Positions 11,609-23,984 of a stretch of 32,000 bases of DNA are shown here, in pieces. Position numbers and translations under genes: made by a program. The stretch lies in NCBI RefSeq assembly GCF_000219175.1, contig NC_015735.1, positions 150,001 through 182,000 on the forward strand, given 5' to 3'. Under the pieces are notes generated by a model that saw nothing but the letters and a program-made list of their open reading frames with translations, did not search any database and was not told the DNA's origin. The first letter of the stretch is position 1. Every line of letters starts with the position of its first letter. The stretch comes from Candidatus Moranella endobia PCIT. Its GTDB lineage: Bacteria > Pseudomonadota > Gammaproteobacteria > Enterobacterales > Enterobacteriaceae.

Positions 11609-11665
11609 ATCTGTTAAACTTAATCCTAGTAAAAGCTGAAATTTTTCATAAACCACAAGTATAAT

Positions 11666-12406
11666 ATGAGCACTGAAGTTACACGACAGATTATTCTGGA
11701 TACTGAAACAACTGGTATGAACAAGGTTGGTACCCACTACCAAGGACACCGAATAATCGAAATCGGGGCGGTAGAGGTCATTAATCGTCGCCTAACCGGT
11801 CGGAACTTCCACGTCTATCTTAAACCTGACCGTCTGGTAGACCCAGAAGCTTTTCAGGTACACGGTATAAGCAATGACTTTCTAGTGGATAAACCAACCT
11901 TTGCTGCAGTGGCGGATGAATTTTTGCAGTTTATTCGCGGAAGCGAACTAGTAATTCATAACGCTCCTTTCGATATTGGTTTTATGGATTATGAATTTGC
12001 GATGCTTAAGCTAGGCATCGCAAAAACTGAAACCTTTTGCAAGGTAACGGATAGCTTGCGACTGGCGCGTAAAATGTTTCCTGGTAAGCGTAATAGTCTA
12101 GACGCACTGTGTGAACGCTATATGATCGATAAAAGTAAGCGTATCTTACACAGCGCTTTATTAGACGCAAAAATTCTGGCAGATATTTTCTTACTGATGA
12201 CCGGCGGCCAGACCACCATGCGCTTTGCGATAGAAGAAGAGGAATGGAACATTAATGGGGGTAAAATCAAACTCCAACAGCAGGTACAGCAGCCAAAAAC
12301 TGCGCTAAAGATAATTTATGCTAGCAATGAAGAAGTATCGTCTCATGAGCAACGGTTAGATCTTGTACAGCAACAGGGTGGTAAATGTTTATGGCGAGAA
12401 CCATAA
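11666..12406 (+). CDS. dnaQ: DNA polymerase III epsilon (proofreading) subunit
   Basis: [17 protein letters not shown]...[10 protein letters not shown] (Exo I), [13 protein letters not shown] (Exo II), [21 protein letters not shown] (Exo III); classic divergent pairing with rnhA. Confidence 0.97.
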   Translation: MSTEVTRQIILDTETTGMNKVGTHYQGHRIIEIGAVEVINRRLTGRNFHVYLKPDRLVDPEAFQVHGISNDFLVDKPTFAAVADEFLQFIRGSELVIHNAPFDIGFMDYEFAMLKLGIAKTETFCKVTDSLRLARKMFPGKRNSLDALCERYMIDKSKRILHSALLDAKILADIFLLMTGGQTTMRFAIEEEEWNINGGKIKLQQQVQQPKTALKIIYASNEEVSSHEQRLDLVQQQGGKCLWREP

Positions 12407-12433
12407 TTATTTTATATTGGCAAGACCAATCAA

Positions 12434-13102
12434 ATGCTTACCTGGCGTGACACTCTAAAGCAAGAAAAACAGCTGCCTTACTTTCAGGAAACATTGGCCT
12501 TTGTCGCCAGAAAAAGAGCAGCAGCAGTGACCATATATCCACCAGATAAGGAGGTATTTCATGCTTTTCGTTTAACTGAATTATCCGCTGTAAAAGTTGT
12601 TATTATCGGCCAGGATCCATATCATGGACCCAATCAGGCCCATGGTCTGTCTTTTTCCGTCAAACCTGGTGTACCCGTACCACCATCGCTCTTAAATATA
12701 TACAAAGAGCTGACTAATGACATTACCAGTTTTGTCATACCCAACCATGGCTGTCTGCAAAGCTGGGCGCAACAAGGTGTGTTGCTACTCAATACTGTAC
12801 TAACAGTCGAAGCTGGGCAAGCTTATTCCCACGCCCGGCTTGGTTGGAAAATGTTTACAGATAAGGTTATTAAGGTACTTAATATGCACCGTGAAGGGAT
12901 CATATTTTTGCTGTGGGGATCCCATGCCCAGCAAACAGGCCTAATTATCGACCCCCAACGCCACTATGTGCTTAAAGCACCGCACCCATCGCCTATGTCG
13001 GCGTCTAGCGGCTTTTTCGGTTGCCACCATTTCTCGCAGGCAAATAACCTGCTGGTACAACAAGGCAAAAAGCCTATTGACTGGACACCGCAATTACCGT
13101 AA
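12434..13102 (+). CDS. ung: Uracil-DNA glycosylase
   Basis: [53 protein letters not shown]. Confidence 0.97.
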   Translation: MLTWRDTLKQEKQLPYFQETLAFVARKRAAAVTIYPPDKEVFHAFRLTELSAVKVVIIGQDPYHGPNQAHGLSFSVKPGVPVPPSLLNIYKELTNDITSFVIPNHGCLQSWAQQGVLLLNTVLTVEAGQAYSHARLGWKMFTDKVIKVLNMHREGIIFLLWGSHAQQTGLIIDPQRHYVLKAPHPSPMSASSGFFGCHHFSQANNLLVQQGKKPIDWTPQLP

Positions 13103-13247
13103 TGGTAGATAAAATCAAGAGCTAGCTGTCACAAAATGTGAATAATAAAGCCAAATTTTTCAATCACTTTTCTGTACATTATGGTCAATCTAATCGATAA
13201 TATTACCTTGGTAACAAGCAAAAGATAAAATTGACGAAAGGTTATCG

Positions 13248-14111
13248 ATGAGCTGGATTGACAAAATGATTCATAAAAGCAATCTCACTCCGGTGCGTCG
13301 GGTAAATATTCCAGATGGTGTATGGACCAAGTGTGATAGTTGTTGCCAGATGTTGTACCGAGCGGAGTTAGAGAGTAATCTTGAGGTATGTCCCAAATGC
13401 GATCACCATATGCGTATAACCGCGCGCGCGCGCCTGTATGCTTTCCTAGATAAAGGAAGTGAATATGAACTTGGCACAAAGTTTGAGCCAAAAGATATAT
13501 TAAACTTCCAGGACTTGCAAAAGTATAAGGATCGACTAGTGGTGGCTCAAAACGTAACCAAAGAGAAAGACGCACTGGTAGTGATGAAAGGAACACTTTA
13601 TAGCATACCGGTAGTAGCAGCGTCCTTTGAATTTGCCTTTCTCGGAGGATCGATGTCTTCAGCAGTTGGTGCACGCTTTGTGCGCGCGGTAGAGCAAGCG
13701 ATAGCTGACCAATGTCCGCTCGTTTGCTTTTCCGCCAGCGGAGGTGCTCGTTTGCAGGAATCGCTGTTGTCGCTGATGCAAATGGCTAAGACTAGCACTG
13801 CGCTGGCTAGGCTGCGCGCGCAGCGGTTACCCTATGTTTCTGTATTGACTAATCCTACCATGGGGGGCGTTTTGGCCAGTTTAGCCATGCTTGGTGATGT
13901 AAATGTTGCCGAACCGAAAGCAATGATTGGTTTTGCTGGTCCACGTGTAATTGCACAGACAATACGTGAAAAACTGCCTACAGGCTTTCAGCGTAGCGAA
14001 TTTTTGTTAGAAAAAGGCATCATCGATCTAATATTACGGCGCCCTGATATACGTCATCGTATTGCACGTCTGTTGGCTAAGCTTACCACCCGTAGGCAGC
14101 CACCCGATTAA
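13248..14111 (+). CDS. accD: Acetyl-CoA carboxylase carboxyltransferase beta subunit
   Basis: [15 protein letters not shown]..., four-Cys zinc finger CDSC...[43 protein letters not shown]. Confidence 0.96.
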   Translation: MSWIDKMIHKSNLTPVRRVNIPDGVWTKCDSCCQMLYRAELESNLEVCPKCDHHMRITARARLYAFLDKGSEYELGTKFEPKDILNFQDLQKYKDRLVVAQNVTKEKDALVVMKGTLYSIPVVAASFEFAFLGGSMSSAVGARFVRAVEQAIADQCPLVCFSASGGARLQESLLSLMQMAKTSTALARLRAQRLPYVSVLTNPTMGGVLASLAMLGDVNVAEPKAMIGFAGPRVIAQTIREKLPTGFQRSEFLLEKGIIDLILRRPDIRHRIARLLAKLTTRRQPPD

Positions 14112-14299
14112 TCTCCCTAAAAATTAGGGTATCTTTGAACCAATCGTCTATAAAGAGCAAATTTTTAACACAGCAGTGCAGTGGCTTAAATGTATAATCT
14201 ACCGGCATAATTATGCTCACCAAACTGAATGTCTGGCTAGAATTCACGTGCCAGTATAACGATCACAATATAGTGCGGTAACCGTAACAGAGGCTAATA

Positions 14300-14965
14300 G
14301 TGTTAAATAATATTGGTCTTGTTATCCGCCAGCTAGATCTACAACCTTATGAGCGAGTAGCACTGGCGATGCATAGCTTTACCGATAAGCGCCATGCCGC
14401 CAGCGATGACGAAATCTGGCTAGTGCAGCATCCGCAGGTTTTTACTAACGGCCAGGCCGGTAATAACGCGCCGGCGCTACAGACTAGTTCTATACCAATG
14501 ATTAAAACTGACCGCGGGGGAAAATTGACTTTCCATGGTCCAGGACAACAGATAATATATATTCTGTTAGATCTGCGCCGCCGCCGGCTTGGTGTGCGTG
14601 ACTTGGTTACCTTGCTGGAAAGCATGATCATTGCCACCCTAGCCAACTTCTCTATTTCGGCTCACGCCCGTGCTAATGCGCCCGGCGTATACGTAGGTGC
14701 AGATAAAATCTGTTCGATTGGTTTACGTATCTACAAAGGCTGTTCCTTACACGGATTAGCTTTAAATGTGGCAATGGATCTATCACCTTTTTTGCTTATC
14801 AGCCCCTGTGGTTATGCCGGCTTGCGGATGACGCAAGTAAAAGATCTATCCCCCGGCACGGGTATTGACGATGTAATACCAGTATTATTAGCTAAATGTC
14901 GGCAGCAACTAGAAACCACTGCCAGCGAGATACAGGACTGGGATCCGTTACAATACGGTGTCTAA
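14300..14965 (+). CDS. lipB: Octanoyl-[ACP]:protein N-octanoyltransferase LipB
   Basis: [69 protein letters not shown] (catalytic Cys). Confidence 0.95.
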   Translation: MLNNIGLVIRQLDLQPYERVALAMHSFTDKRHAASDDEIWLVQHPQVFTNGQAGNNAPALQTSSIPMIKTDRGGKLTFHGPGQQIIYILLDLRRRRLGVRDLVTLLESMIIATLANFSISAHARANAPGVYVGADKICSIGLRIYKGCSLHGLALNVAMDLSPFLLISPCGYAGLRMTQVKDLSPGTGIDDVIPVLLAKCRQQLETTASEIQDWDPLQYGV

Positions 14966-15130
14966 ACAACGGGTGCATGTTCTATACATGCTGGCCACCC
15001 ATGCCATGATGCGAATTTTTTCGATGCATACACTGTAATAACATGTAATAATATCCATTATCATATATAATAATAAGTTAAGTATTTAAGTATTAAATAA
15101 TCTACAGTATTGTGAGAGTAAACGAGATAA

Positions 15131-16078
15131 ATGGAACGTAGTTTTAAAGACTATGACGCTGCTAAAATAGCTACTATTCCTATCAGGACAGACGCAGCAG
15201 AACATCAGGAAATATTCAGTAAGCCCCCATGGATGAAAATTCGACTGCCAGTCGACTCTAGTCGTATTAAAGGTATCCAGGCCATGATGCGTAAACATGG
15301 CCTGCATTCAGTGTGCGAAGAAGCATCATGCCCAAACCTAGCGGAATGTTTTAACTACGGCACCGCCACATTTATGATCTTAGGAAACATCTGTACCAGG
15401 CGTTGCCCGTTCTGTGATGTCAAGCATGGTCGCCCAGTCACCCCAGATACCAAAGAACCGGAACACCTGGCGCAAGCCATCACTGAAATGAAGCTACGTT
15501 ACGTCGTGGTAACTTCCGTCGATCGTGATGATCTTCGTGACGGTGGCGCCCAGCATTTTGCTAATTGTATTAGAGCAATCCGCAACCAGAACCCTTCAAT
15601 TCGTATTGAGATCCTAGTGCCAGACTTTCGTGGCTGTATGGATCGTGCACTCGAGATAATCAATGTCGAACCACCTGATGTCTTTAACCACAATTTGGAA
15701 AACGTGCCGCGCCTTTATCGTCAAGTTCGACCCGGTGCCAACTATCATCGGTCGCTTAAGTTACTAGCAAATTTTAAAAACGCTAATCCCAATCTTCAGA
15801 CTAAGTCAGGTCTGATGATGGGACTTGGAGAAACCACCCATGAAATTATCAATGTAATGCGTGATTTATATCATCATGGCGTGACAATGTTAACACTTGG
15901 TCAATACCTGCAGCCGAGCCATAATCACTTACCGGTTAAACGGTATGTAAGCCCGCAGGAATTTAATGATCTCAAACAAGAAGCTCTAGCGATTGGTTTT
16001 GTTTATGCCGCCTGCGGGCCTTTCGTGCGCTCTTCCTACCACGCAGATTTACAAGAAACTGGCATTGAAATAAAATAA
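15131..16078 (+). CDS. lipA: Lipoyl synthase
   Basis: [12 protein letters not shown] and CTRRCPFCD cluster motifs; full length to SSYHADLQ. Confidence 0.97.
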   Translation: MERSFKDYDAAKIATIPIRTDAAEHQEIFSKPPWMKIRLPVDSSRIKGIQAMMRKHGLHSVCEEASCPNLAECFNYGTATFMILGNICTRRCPFCDVKHGRPVTPDTKEPEHLAQAITEMKLRYVVVTSVDRDDLRDGGAQHFANCIRAIRNQNPSIRIEILVPDFRGCMDRALEIINVEPPDVFNHNLENVPRLYRQVRPGANYHRSLKLLANFKNANPNLQTKSGLMMGLGETTHEIINVMRDLYHHGVTMLTLGQYLQPSHNHLPVKRYVSPQEFNDLKQEALAIGFVYAACGPFVRSSYHADLQETGIEIK

Positions 16079-16224
16079 ACTACCGTACTGAATGTTAATT
16101 TAAAAACTATACGTTCAGCTGCAGAAAAGCATGTTTCATTTAAGCAAAATTCAAGCAAACGACATAACTTGTCTTTAACGTAGTTAACTTAATTTTTTAA
16201 AAGTGTTTTTAAAAGCTTGTTCCA

Positions 16225-16301
16225 TGGTGCACCCGGGAGGATTCGAACCTCCGACCGCTCGGTTCGTAGCCGAGTACTCTATCCAGCTGAGCTACGGATG
16301 C
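16225..16301 (-). tRNA. tRNA-Arg(ACG)
   Basis: Reverse strand GCATCCGTAGCTCAGCTGGATAGAGTACTCGGCTACGAACCGAGCGGTCGGAGGTTCGAATCCTCCCGGGTGCACCA; encoded CCA. Confidence 0.97.
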
Positions 16302-16320
16302 ATTTATTACAAATTACCAA

Positions 16321-16412
16321 TGGCGGTGAGGGAGGGATTCGAACCCTCGATACAGCTTTTACTGTATACTCCCTTAGCAGGGGAGCGCCTTCAGCCTCTT
16401 GGCTACCTCACC
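16321..16412 (-). tRNA. tRNA-Ser(GCT)
   Basis: Reverse strand GGTGAGGTAGCCAAGAGGCTGAAGGCGCTCCCCTGCTAAGGGAG...GAGGGTTCGAATCCCTCCCTCACCGCCA; encoded CCA. Confidence 0.97.
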
Positions 16413-16660
16413 GAGGGCGCCACTGTTGGCGAACATCTTACTTTCTTGACTGGATAAGTCAATATTTTTTACTTTTGGAAAGTCATTGCACAATTCACCA
16501 GCACAACAAATTAGCCACGGTATTGGTAATTGGTATATTATACTAGAAGATAATAAATCGCTCAAGGACGGTTGTGTAAATTGTGCTTTGGTGTGAACTA
16601 GCGCTGGATAACGATTGTACTGATAAATTTGGCTCTGTCTAGATATTTTATATTGGCTAG

Positions 16661-17083
16661 CTATTTTCTATTGGGACGAATCTTTGGTGCTATTTTGTCT
16701 AACACACCATTGATAAATTTATGACTATCTTCTGCACCAAAAGTTTTAGCTAGCTCGATCGCTTCGTTAATGGCTACTTTATACGGTACATCCTGGCACT
16801 GGCTTAATTCAAATAGTGCAATACGTAACACGGCATATTCCACGTAGCCAAGCTCTTTCAGCTGACGTGATAAATAAGGAACCATCAGCTTATCCAGTTC
16901 TTTGGCATTCATCACTGCTCCGGCATACAGCGCACGGCAATAATCTATATCTACATCCGACATATCCTGCTCAGCCATAAACTGGATTTCTATCTCAGAG
17001 AGATCATTATGTGATAATTGCCATGAGTAAAGCACCTGGACGGCACACTCACGAGCACGGCGACGAGCGGTTGGTTTCCACAC
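16661..17083 (-). CDS. nusB: Transcription antitermination factor NusB
   Basis: [18 protein letters not shown]...[35 protein letters not shown]. Confidence 0.96.
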   Translation of the reverse strand: MWKPTARRRARECAVQVLYSWQLSHNDLSEIEIQFMAEQDMSDVDIDYCRALYAGAVMNAKELDKLMVPYLSRQLKELGYVEYAVLRIALFELSQCQDVPYKVAINEAIELAKTFGAEDSHKFINGVLDKIAPKIRPNRK

Positions 17084-17101
17084 ACCATTCCCCTCCTATA
17101 C

Positions 17102-17572
17102 TTAAATTTTGATAGCTTGTAAGACGTTGATCATTTCCAGAGCACTTAGCGCAGCTTCAGCGCCCTTATTACCGACCTTGGTACCGGCACGTTCTATAGC
17201 TTGTTCGAGGCTATCTGTAGTAAGCACACCAAAAACAACTGGTAACGTAGTGCGCACAGCAATAGCTGCTAGGCCGGCACTACATTCGCCAGCGACGAAG
17301 TCGAAATGTGAGGTATCGCCACGGATAACAGTGCCCAGCGCGACGACAGCGTCATATTTTTTGCTATCTGCAAGCGCACTGACTGCTAACGGTAATTCGT
17401 AAGCACCAGGGACCCATACAACTGTGATATTTTTTTCTTTGACCTGGCCGATGCGCGTTAGAGAGTCTACTGCGCCATCCAGCAGATTATCATTGATCAA
17501 GTGGTTAAAGCGCGCAACCGCAATAACCACACGCGCATTGGGAGCGGCAATAATACCTGTAATAACATTCAT
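17102..17572 (-). CDS. ribH: 6,7-dimethyl-8-ribityllumazine synthase
   Basis: [65 protein letters not shown]. Confidence 0.96.
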   Translation of the reverse strand: MNVITGIIAAPNARVVIAVARFNHLINDNLLDGAVDSLTRIGQVKEKNITVVWVPGAYELPLAVSALADSKKYDAVVALGTVIRGDTSHFDFVAGECSAGLAAIAVRTTLPVVFGVLTTDSLEQAIERAGTKVGNKGAEAALSALEMINVLQAIKI

Positions 17573-18134
17573 GTTAATCCTTAATTAAGTGATAGTGCTG
17601 AAGCTTTTTACGATACGGCCAGATTGAAAATCCTAACACAATACTTAGCACGCTTACTCTAGCAAATGAAAATAATCTGGCACAAAGCATGCCTGCAGAA
17701 AAATCCTATCTCACATCAGGTTAAGTAATCAACCAGTTTTCCCCAGAGACTATGTTAATTCTCAGCTTAAGCCTAAGTCTGCCATCCACCACCATGTCAC
17801 GCTAGCGTGTTTGGGCGGCGCAGTAGTGCAATAGTGAACTATTAGCGTCGACGATCAGCACTAGTCAGTGCAAACTTGTATACCAGAACATCTGATCGTG
17901 ATTGGTAATTCGACAGTAAGATGCTTATGCTGGAAAATTTTATATAGTAAAATCGTAATAGATATAAAATATCTTGACATGATTACTAGCATTGTTAATC
18001 AAATGCTATCATTTAACCAGTTGTCCGCTTTGGCGACAGTCAGTAGTATTAAAGACTTTAAAGTCTAAAGACGTTCAAGTAAATCTACTCCAAAAATGGA
18101 CAGATATATTATAATATAAGTTAAATTAATTGTA

Positions 18135-18281
18135 AGTAGTTTTCCTATTAACTATAATAGGAACAGGTAAATAGCTGTAAACAGCTGTGATACGCTATAT
18201 AGTTTTTACTGGAAAAACTATTGGTATTTAGCGCCAATAAACAACATTAAGAAACATTCCAGCCTGTACGTAGTAGGTCAA
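18135..18281 (+). pseudogene. nlpD: Decayed LysM portion of nlpD upstream of the retained ORF
   Basis: Same frame as the 18282 ORF: ...FPINYNRNR-stop(18168)[42 protein letters not shown], resembling the NlpD LysM core [43 protein letters not shown]. Confidence 0.6.
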
Positions 18282-18869
18282 ATGTTACAAACATTGGTGC
18301 CAATTACTTGTAATAATACCACAGATGGAAAATTGATGACTTCTGTGCCTACCTTGATCGTTAATTTCCAGCCATGCAAGAGTGATAATGATCATTTAAG
18401 CAGTATAAGCGAAATATCGTTGCGCTCATCGAATAACAATGCGCCGGGGGTAGTATTATCAAGTACCGCAATAGAATTGGGCAGCGTCAGCACCCCAATC
18501 AGTGATTGGTATTGGCCGACTGATGGTAAGATTATTAAAAATTTTTCTGCTGCGGAAGTTGGCAACAAAGGTATTGATATTGCTGGTTTTCTAGGTCAAG
18601 CTATTTTAGCTACCAGCAATGGTAGAGTAGTTTATGCAGGCAATGCCTGGCGGGGATATGGGAATTTGATTATTATCAAACATAATGATAATTACTTAAG
18701 TGCCTACGCTCACAATAATACTATGCTGGTGTGTGAAAAACAAACCGTTAGTTCAGGGCAAAAAATTGCTACCATGGGTAGTACCGGTACTAACACCATT
18801 AAGTTATATTTTGAAATTCGTTACAAGAGTAAATCAGTTAACCCACTGTGTTATCTTCCGCAGCGCTAA
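18282..18869 (+). CDS. nlpD: NlpD-like LytM/M23-domain protein, N-terminally truncated (probably a decaying nlpD)
   Basis: C-terminal [80 protein letters not shown]...[37 protein letters not shown] matches NlpD; no signal peptide, lipobox or intact LysM in the ORF. Confidence 0.85.
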   Translation: MLQTLVPITCNNTTDGKLMTSVPTLIVNFQPCKSDNDHLSSISEISLRSSNNNAPGVVLSSTAIELGSVSTPISDWYWPTDGKIIKNFSAAEVGNKGIDIAGFLGQAILATSNGRVVYAGNAWRGYGNLIIIKHNDNYLSAYAHNNTMLVCEKQTVSSGQKIATMGSTGTNTIKLYFEIRYKSKSVNPLCYLPQR

Positions 18870-18970
18870 ATTTTGGGAGATTAGATTAATATATAACAAA
18901 TATATACCGTAGAAAAGTTTAAGCAGTGTAAATACATCGTTACTTCGATAGATAACTACTGAATAGCTAT

Positions 18971-21538
18971 TCATAGCATTTCTTTTAGACGGTAAATCCA
19001 TTCGAGCGCCTGACGTGGCGATAGATTCTCAGGATCTAGATGTTTTAGCGCATCAATAATAGCCGAAAACGAAACATCCGGCTTATCCTCCGGTATTAGC
19101 AGCGCGCACGGTGAGCTGTTCACTATACCTGTAGAGACAGTTTCTAATTCCTGAAGCTTCTGATATGCGCGCTTGATAACCTCACGCGGTACTCCCGCTA
19201 GTGCCGCTACTGACAAACCATAACTCTTGCTGGCGGCACCATCTTGCACGCTGTGCATAAATGTGATGGTGTCACTACACTCCACTGCATCAAAATGCAC
19301 GTTTGCTATGTTTTTTATTTTTTCTGGCATGGTGGTCAATTCGAAATAATGTGTAGCAAATAATGTCATTGACCTAATATGATCAGCCAGATTTTCTGCG
19401 CAGGCCCAGGCCAGCGATAGCCCATCGTAGGTAGAGGTGCCGCGGCCAATTTCATCCATTAGCACCAGACTATAACGCGTAGCGTTATGCAGAATATTAG
19501 AGGTTTCTGTCATCTCCATCATGAAAGTAGATCGGCCAGAAGCCAGATCGTCAACAGCACCAACACGGGTAAAGATGCGATCTACTACTCCTATGACTGC
19601 TTGCTCAGCAGGAACAAAACTGCCAATATAAGCCAACAGCACGATCAGAGCAGTTTGGCGCATATAAGTGCTTTTCCCGCCCATGTTGGGACCTGTAATG
19701 ATCAGCATTCGCCGTGCATCAGATAACACTAAAGGATTAGAGATAAAAGGTTCGCTCAGCATATGTTCTACAACTGGATGGCGACCGCCGGTAATCTGGA
19801 TGCCAGACCGAACATCAATCACCGGACAAATATAGTTCAATGTTTCCGCGCGCTCTGCTAGATTACAGAGCACATCCAGCTCTGCCAGCGCTACCGCACT
19901 TTGCTGTAGCGCTGGCAGGTGTGGCAAAAGCAGGTCAAATAGCGCATCATACAGTACTTTTTCCAGCGCTATCGCCTTACTTTTAGATATTATTGCTTTG
20001 TCTTCGTATTCTTTAAGTTCTGGAATGATGTAGCGCTCGGCGTTTTTCAACGTTTGACGACGTACATAATGGTTTGGCGCTAGATGGCTTTGGCAGCGAC
20101 TTAGTTGAATGAAATAGCCATGTATTGCGTTGAAACCTACTTGCAGCGTCTCTAAACCAGTTTTTTTCCTTTCTCGACGCTCAAGATGTTCGAGATAATC
20201 GGTAGCGCCGACCGCAAAGCTACGCCATTTGTCTAATTCAGCATTGTATCCAGAGGCAATAACGCCGCCATCACGCACTAGCACCGGTGGCGATTCAATA
20301 ATCGCCCGCGCTAGCAAATTTTGCAAAATGTCGAATTCCCCTATCCGCTCTAACAACAATTGCAAATATTGATTAGACTTAACCTTAAGCATAGTTTTAA
20401 TGGTTGGCAACTGTGCAAAAGCATGACGCATACGTGCTAAATCGCGCGGCCGCGCCGAACGCAACGCCAGCCGCGCTAGCACCCGCTCCAGATCACCAAT
20501 CTGACTCAGTAACGGACGTAGTAGATCTAACACGGGATCCTGCAGAGCGCGAATACTTTCCTGACGGTTAGTAAGTATAGTGATATCTCGAGTTGGAATA
20601 TGTAACCAGCGTTTCAACATCCGGCTACCCATGGGAGTGACCGTGTGGTCTAATACGGCCGCCAGCGTATTTTCGTCGCCCCCCTTGAGATTTTGCGTGA
20701 GCTCCAGATTACGTAGCGTTGCTGCATCCATTACAATACGGTCCTGTGGACGCTCTAGTGTGATTGCACGAATGTGCGGTAATGAGGTGCGCTGGGTATC
20801 CTTGGCGTATTGTAGTAGACAGCCGGCTGCACACAGAGCCAACTGCGCTCGCTCCATGCCAAAACCGGATAAATCACTGGTACCGAACTGGCGGGTGAGC
20901 TGCTGGCGGGCAGTATCAAGCTCAAATTCCCACAGCGGCCGACGCCGCAGACCTCGACGATGTTTGATTAGAGAAAGATCCATATTTTCTGGATATAGCA
21001 GCTCTGCTGGATTGGTGCGTTGTAATTCCGCGGCCAGGGCATCTTTGTCTGCTGGTTCCGAAGCTAAAAAACGACCAGAGGTAATATCAAGCGTAGCATA
21101 ACCAAAGCCCTGTAGCGCCTGCCAAATTGCGGCTAGTAGGTTATCTTGGCGTTCTTGTAGTAGAGCTTCGTCACTCAAAGTACCTGGTGTGACGATACGA
21201 ACTACACGACGTTCAACTAGCCCTTTAGTGGTAGCGGGATCGCCAATCTGTTCACAAATTGCGGCTGACTCACCCAGCGCCACCAATTTGGCCAGATAAT
21301 TATCTACCGCATGATAGGGAACTCCTGCCATAGGTATCGCTTCGCCGGCGGAGGTGCCCCGTTTGGCGAGAGATATATCTATCAGCTGAGACGCACGTTT
21401 AGCGTCATCGTAAAATAACTCGTAAAAATCTCCCATCCGATAGAACAATAGTATATCTGGATGCTGCGCTTTCAATTTCAGGTACTGCTGCATCATGGGA
21501 GTATGTAAATCTAGGTTTTTCATGTCAATGAACGACAT
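18971..21538 (-). CDS. mutS: DNA mismatch repair protein MutS
   Basis: [68 protein letters not shown]; full length. Confidence 0.98.
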   Translation of the reverse strand: MSFIDMKNLDLHTPMMQQYLKLKAQHPDILLFYRMGDFYELFYDDAKRASQLIDISLAKRGTSAGEAIPMAGVPYHAVDNYLAKLVALGESAAICEQIGDPATTKGLVERRVVRIVTPGTLSDEALLQERQDNLLAAIWQALQGFGYATLDITSGRFLASEPADKDALAAELQRTNPAELLYPENMDLSLIKHRRGLRRRPLWEFELDTARQQLTRQFGTSDLSGFGMERAQLALCAAGCLLQYAKDTQRTSLPHIRAITLERPQDRIVMDAATLRNLELTQNLKGGDENTLAAVLDHTVTPMGSRMLKRWLHIPTRDITILTNRQESIRALQDPVLDLLRPLLSQIGDLERVLARLALRSARPRDLARMRHAFAQLPTIKTMLKVKSNQYLQLLLERIGEFDILQNLLARAIIESPPVLVRDGGVIASGYNAELDKWRSFAVGATDYLEHLERRERKKTGLETLQVGFNAIHGYFIQLSRCQSHLAPNHYVRRQTLKNAERYIIPELKEYEDKAIISKSKAIALEKVLYDALFDLLLPHLPALQQSAVALAELDVLCNLAERAETLNYICPVIDVRSGIQITGGRHPVVEHMLSEPFISNPLVLSDARRMLIITGPNMGGKSTYMRQTALIVLLAYIGSFVPAEQAVIGVVDRIFTRVGAVDDLASGRSTFMMEMTETSNILHNATRYSLVLMDEIGRGTSTYDGLSLAWACAENLADHIRSMTLFATHYFELTTMPEKIKNIANVHFDAVECSDTITFMHSVQDGAASKSYGLSVAALAGVPREVIKRAYQKLQELETVSTGIVNSSPCALLIPEDKPDVSFSAIIDALKHLDPENLSPRQALEWIYRLKEML

Positions 21539-21548
21539 ATTTAGAGTA

Positions 21549-22337
21549 TTATATCAATAATTGCATGTCTATGTGAAATAGACGGCAAAAATTTTCAGTG
21601 GTAGCTGTGGCTAACTGCAGTAACGATAGGCCCTTTAATGTTGCAATACAATCTGCTACATCAAGCACATAAGCTGGTTGGTTTTCTTTGCCCCGATAAG
21701 GTACTGGTGCTAAGTAAGGGGAATCGGTTTCCAATAACATTTGGTCTAGAGGCACATAGCGCGCTACCTCTCGTAATCCTTCTGCATTGCCGAAGGTTAC
21801 AATACCGGAAAAAGATATGTAAAAACCCATATCCAGCAATTTTTTGGCAAGAGCACGGTCTCCTGTGAAGCAGTGAATAACACCACCACATTCGCTAGCT
21901 TGCTCCTCACGCAGAATGGTGAGAGTATCTTCATGAGCACGGCGGTTATGTACAATTATCGGCTTATTCAGAGCTCGCCCAACCAGAATATGTTCACGGA
22001 AAACCTCCTGCTGCTGCGCTTTTTTATGATGTTGGTAATAATAATCGAGCCCAGTTTCACCAATGGCTACCACACCATCCCCTGCCGCTAAATCGCGCAG
22101 TGAAGCTAAATCGTAAGGTTCATCAAGATGGAGAGGATGAAGTCCGCAGGAAAATAGTACATCATCACGGCGACCAATCATTGCTGTCATAGTTTGAAAA
22201 CCAAGCAATGTAGTACATACCGCCAACATAAGTTTTACGTTACGGGCACGAGCCTTGGACGCAACATCCGCTACATCCAAGTGTAACCGTTGGTAATCTA
22301 ACTGATCAAGATGGCAATGAGAATCAACTATAAACAT
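21549..22337 (-). CDS. ycfH: TatD-family metal-dependent hydrolase YcfH
   Basis: [54 protein letters not shown]; next to holB as in E. coli. Confidence 0.93.
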   Translation of the reverse strand: MFIVDSHCHLDQLDYQRLHLDVADVASKARARNVKLMLAVCTTLLGFQTMTAMIGRRDDVLFSCGLHPLHLDEPYDLASLRDLAAGDGVVAIGETGLDYYYQHHKKAQQQEVFREHILVGRALNKPIIVHNRRAHEDTLTILREEQASECGGVIHCFTGDRALAKKLLDMGFYISFSGIVTFGNAEGLREVARYVPLDQMLLETDSPYLAPVPYRGKENQPAYVLDVADCIATLKGLSLLQLATATTENFCRLFHIDMQLLI

Positions 22338-22351
22338 AGCGTAACTTTACA

Positions 22352-23350
22352 TCATAGGTAAGCATAGATTTCCGCAGTGCCATACTTCCAATTAAGTAAT
22401 TGGTTGGTTAGCAATAATTCACGATTCACGCTATTTATCTCCTGTAGCTGGCGAAAAACATGCAGCCAAGTGTTCCACTGAGTGTGTAACAAGCCAGCCG
22501 GCCAGCGCTCCGCCAGCATAACTAATAGCTGTGGCTGATCAGTATTAACAATAAATTCTTGCGCGCCATAATGATATTTCAGTGCATCAGCAATAAGGCT
22601 GAGTAGCCAATTTATTGGGCCGTAATCTTTTTTATCGCGATTTAGTGCTGGCAACAGCGCCAATAAATCGCCGCTAGCAATAACGTTTTGCAATACCGTG
22701 CATAGTTCTAGCCGCTCCTGCCAGCGTGCTGGTTGCAGCAGTGCCTCTGCCGCCAAAGGAGCTGTGCCGCACAGGCGCAGCGCAGTGCGGGCACGCAGTT
22801 CATCATGACCTAACTGTTGTAACCATCGCACACTATGCGACTCATTCGGTGTAGACAGCGGCCAATAGAGACATCTACTTCTTAGCGTTAATAATAGGCG
22901 TGACGTAGTTTGGCAACTCATAATAAAATATGTATTTGCCGGTGGCTCTTCCAAAATTTGCAAGAGTGCGTTAGCCGCCGGTTCAGTTAGTTCTTCAACA
23001 TTTGGCAACCATAGCACTTGCACTCCGCCCGGATAATAGACACTACCATACAAGTTATCAATAATATTACGGATACTATCAATACCTATATTATGCTGGT
23101 CTTTTCCTAGTACTAGTTGATAATAATTCGGATGATTACCAACGATCATCAGCCTACAGCTATAGCAAACGCGACAACTGTTGTTACCATACGGGTTTCG
23201 GCACATGAGCCAGCGCATAAGCGCATAACATAACGACTGCTCGCCGTTGCCAGGTTGGCTATGCAGTAACACAGCATGATGCCCACGCTTCTGCTTATAG
23301 CTAGCAATAAGCTGCTGATAGGGGCTAGAGAGCCAGGGATACCATTTCAT
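22352..23350 (-). CDS. holB: DNA polymerase III delta' subunit
   Basis: MKWYPWLSSPYQQLIASYKQKRGHHAVLLHS; Cys-rich zinc region CRVCYSCRLM; LTEPAANALLQILEEPPANTYFIM; LRSRC. Start assigned at 23350. Confidence 0.92.
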   Translation of the reverse strand: MKWYPWLSSPYQQLIASYKQKRGHHAVLLHSQPGNGEQSLCYALMRWLMCRNPYGNNSCRVCYSCRLMIVGNHPNYYQLVLGKDQHNIGIDSIRNIIDNLYGSVYYPGGVQVLWLPNVEELTEPAANALLQILEEPPANTYFIMSCQTTSRLLLTLRSRCLYWPLSTPNESHSVRWLQQLGHDELRARTALRLCGTAPLAAEALLQPARWQERLELCTVLQNVIASGDLLALLPALNRDKKDYGPINWLLSLIADALKYHYGAQEFIVNTDQPQLLVMLAERWPAGLLHTQWNTWLHVFRQLQEINSVNRELLLTNQLLNWKYGTAEIYAYL

Positions 23351-23726
23351 GGTAACTGAGCCTGCGCACATGCAATTTATTTACAGAGAGTAAATATCGC
23401 AGTGCTGCGACGAATGGTTGATTGGCGAATTTCAAATAGAAACATAAGACGGTACGCTGCTGGCAACAGCAGATTCCAAGAATAAATACGCTCGCCAACC
23501 GCCATAGAAATCTACTCTATTAGGTAAAATATATCTAGATATAGCATCAGAGATATTAAGGCTTACCCCCCCCGTACCTAACATTTGCTGTTTGTTCATA
23601 GTAGTGATATTCCGCAGGTCGATTTCACGTGGTCATTATTATGGCACTTTTACAATGGCTAACCATTATATATTTTATATTCCTTTATATTTTATATCTA
23701 CCCGCCACCATCAACAACAAAGCGAG

Positions 23727-23864
23727 CTAAGTTGCCGGTATAAAGTCAGTGTTATGGCGAAATACTGCCGGTTGACTATTGCCGTTTTCAAGCAGTCGGT
23801 AACGGCGCAGGTAGCCTAATAAAAGTAACCCAACCTATGCAGCAGCGGCCGCAATAAGTTTTGA
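23727..23864 (-). pseudogene. Possible N-terminal relic of mltG/yceG
   Basis: Reverse-strand translation SKLIAAAAA-stop-VGLLLLGYLRRYRLLENGNSQPAVFRHNTDFIPAT resembles an MltG transmembrane N-terminus and lies where synteny predicts yceG (between acpP and holB). Weak. Confidence 0.3.
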
Positions 23865-23984
23865 TCGGCGAAAGACCAGAACAGTAATCTATGTGACTAT
23901 TTTCTAGCTACAGATAATTTTTGCCATTAAAATTGGGGTAAATATTTGGTTTATAAGTGTGTACTTTTTCCTCTACTGAAAAAG

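Noticed and set aside
13421-13432. (CG)6 dinucleotide run, potentially Z-DNA-forming or slippage-prone.
   Set aside because: It lies in frame inside accD (TARARL) at a position that is Thr-Ala-Arg-rich in homologues; codon usage explains it.
16203-16546. Forward ORFs of 84 and 109 aa (MFLKACSMVHPGGFEPPTARF..., MFHGAPGRIRTSDRSVRSRVLYPAEL...).
   Set aside because: These are translations across the antisense strand of tRNA-Arg and tRNA-Ser, a well-known spurious ORF type.
17573-18134. Possible novel short protein at 17868..18068 (66 aa) in the large ribH-nlpD spacer.
   Set aside because: No recognisable domain or credible ribosome-binding site; more likely decayed DNA from lost neighbours.
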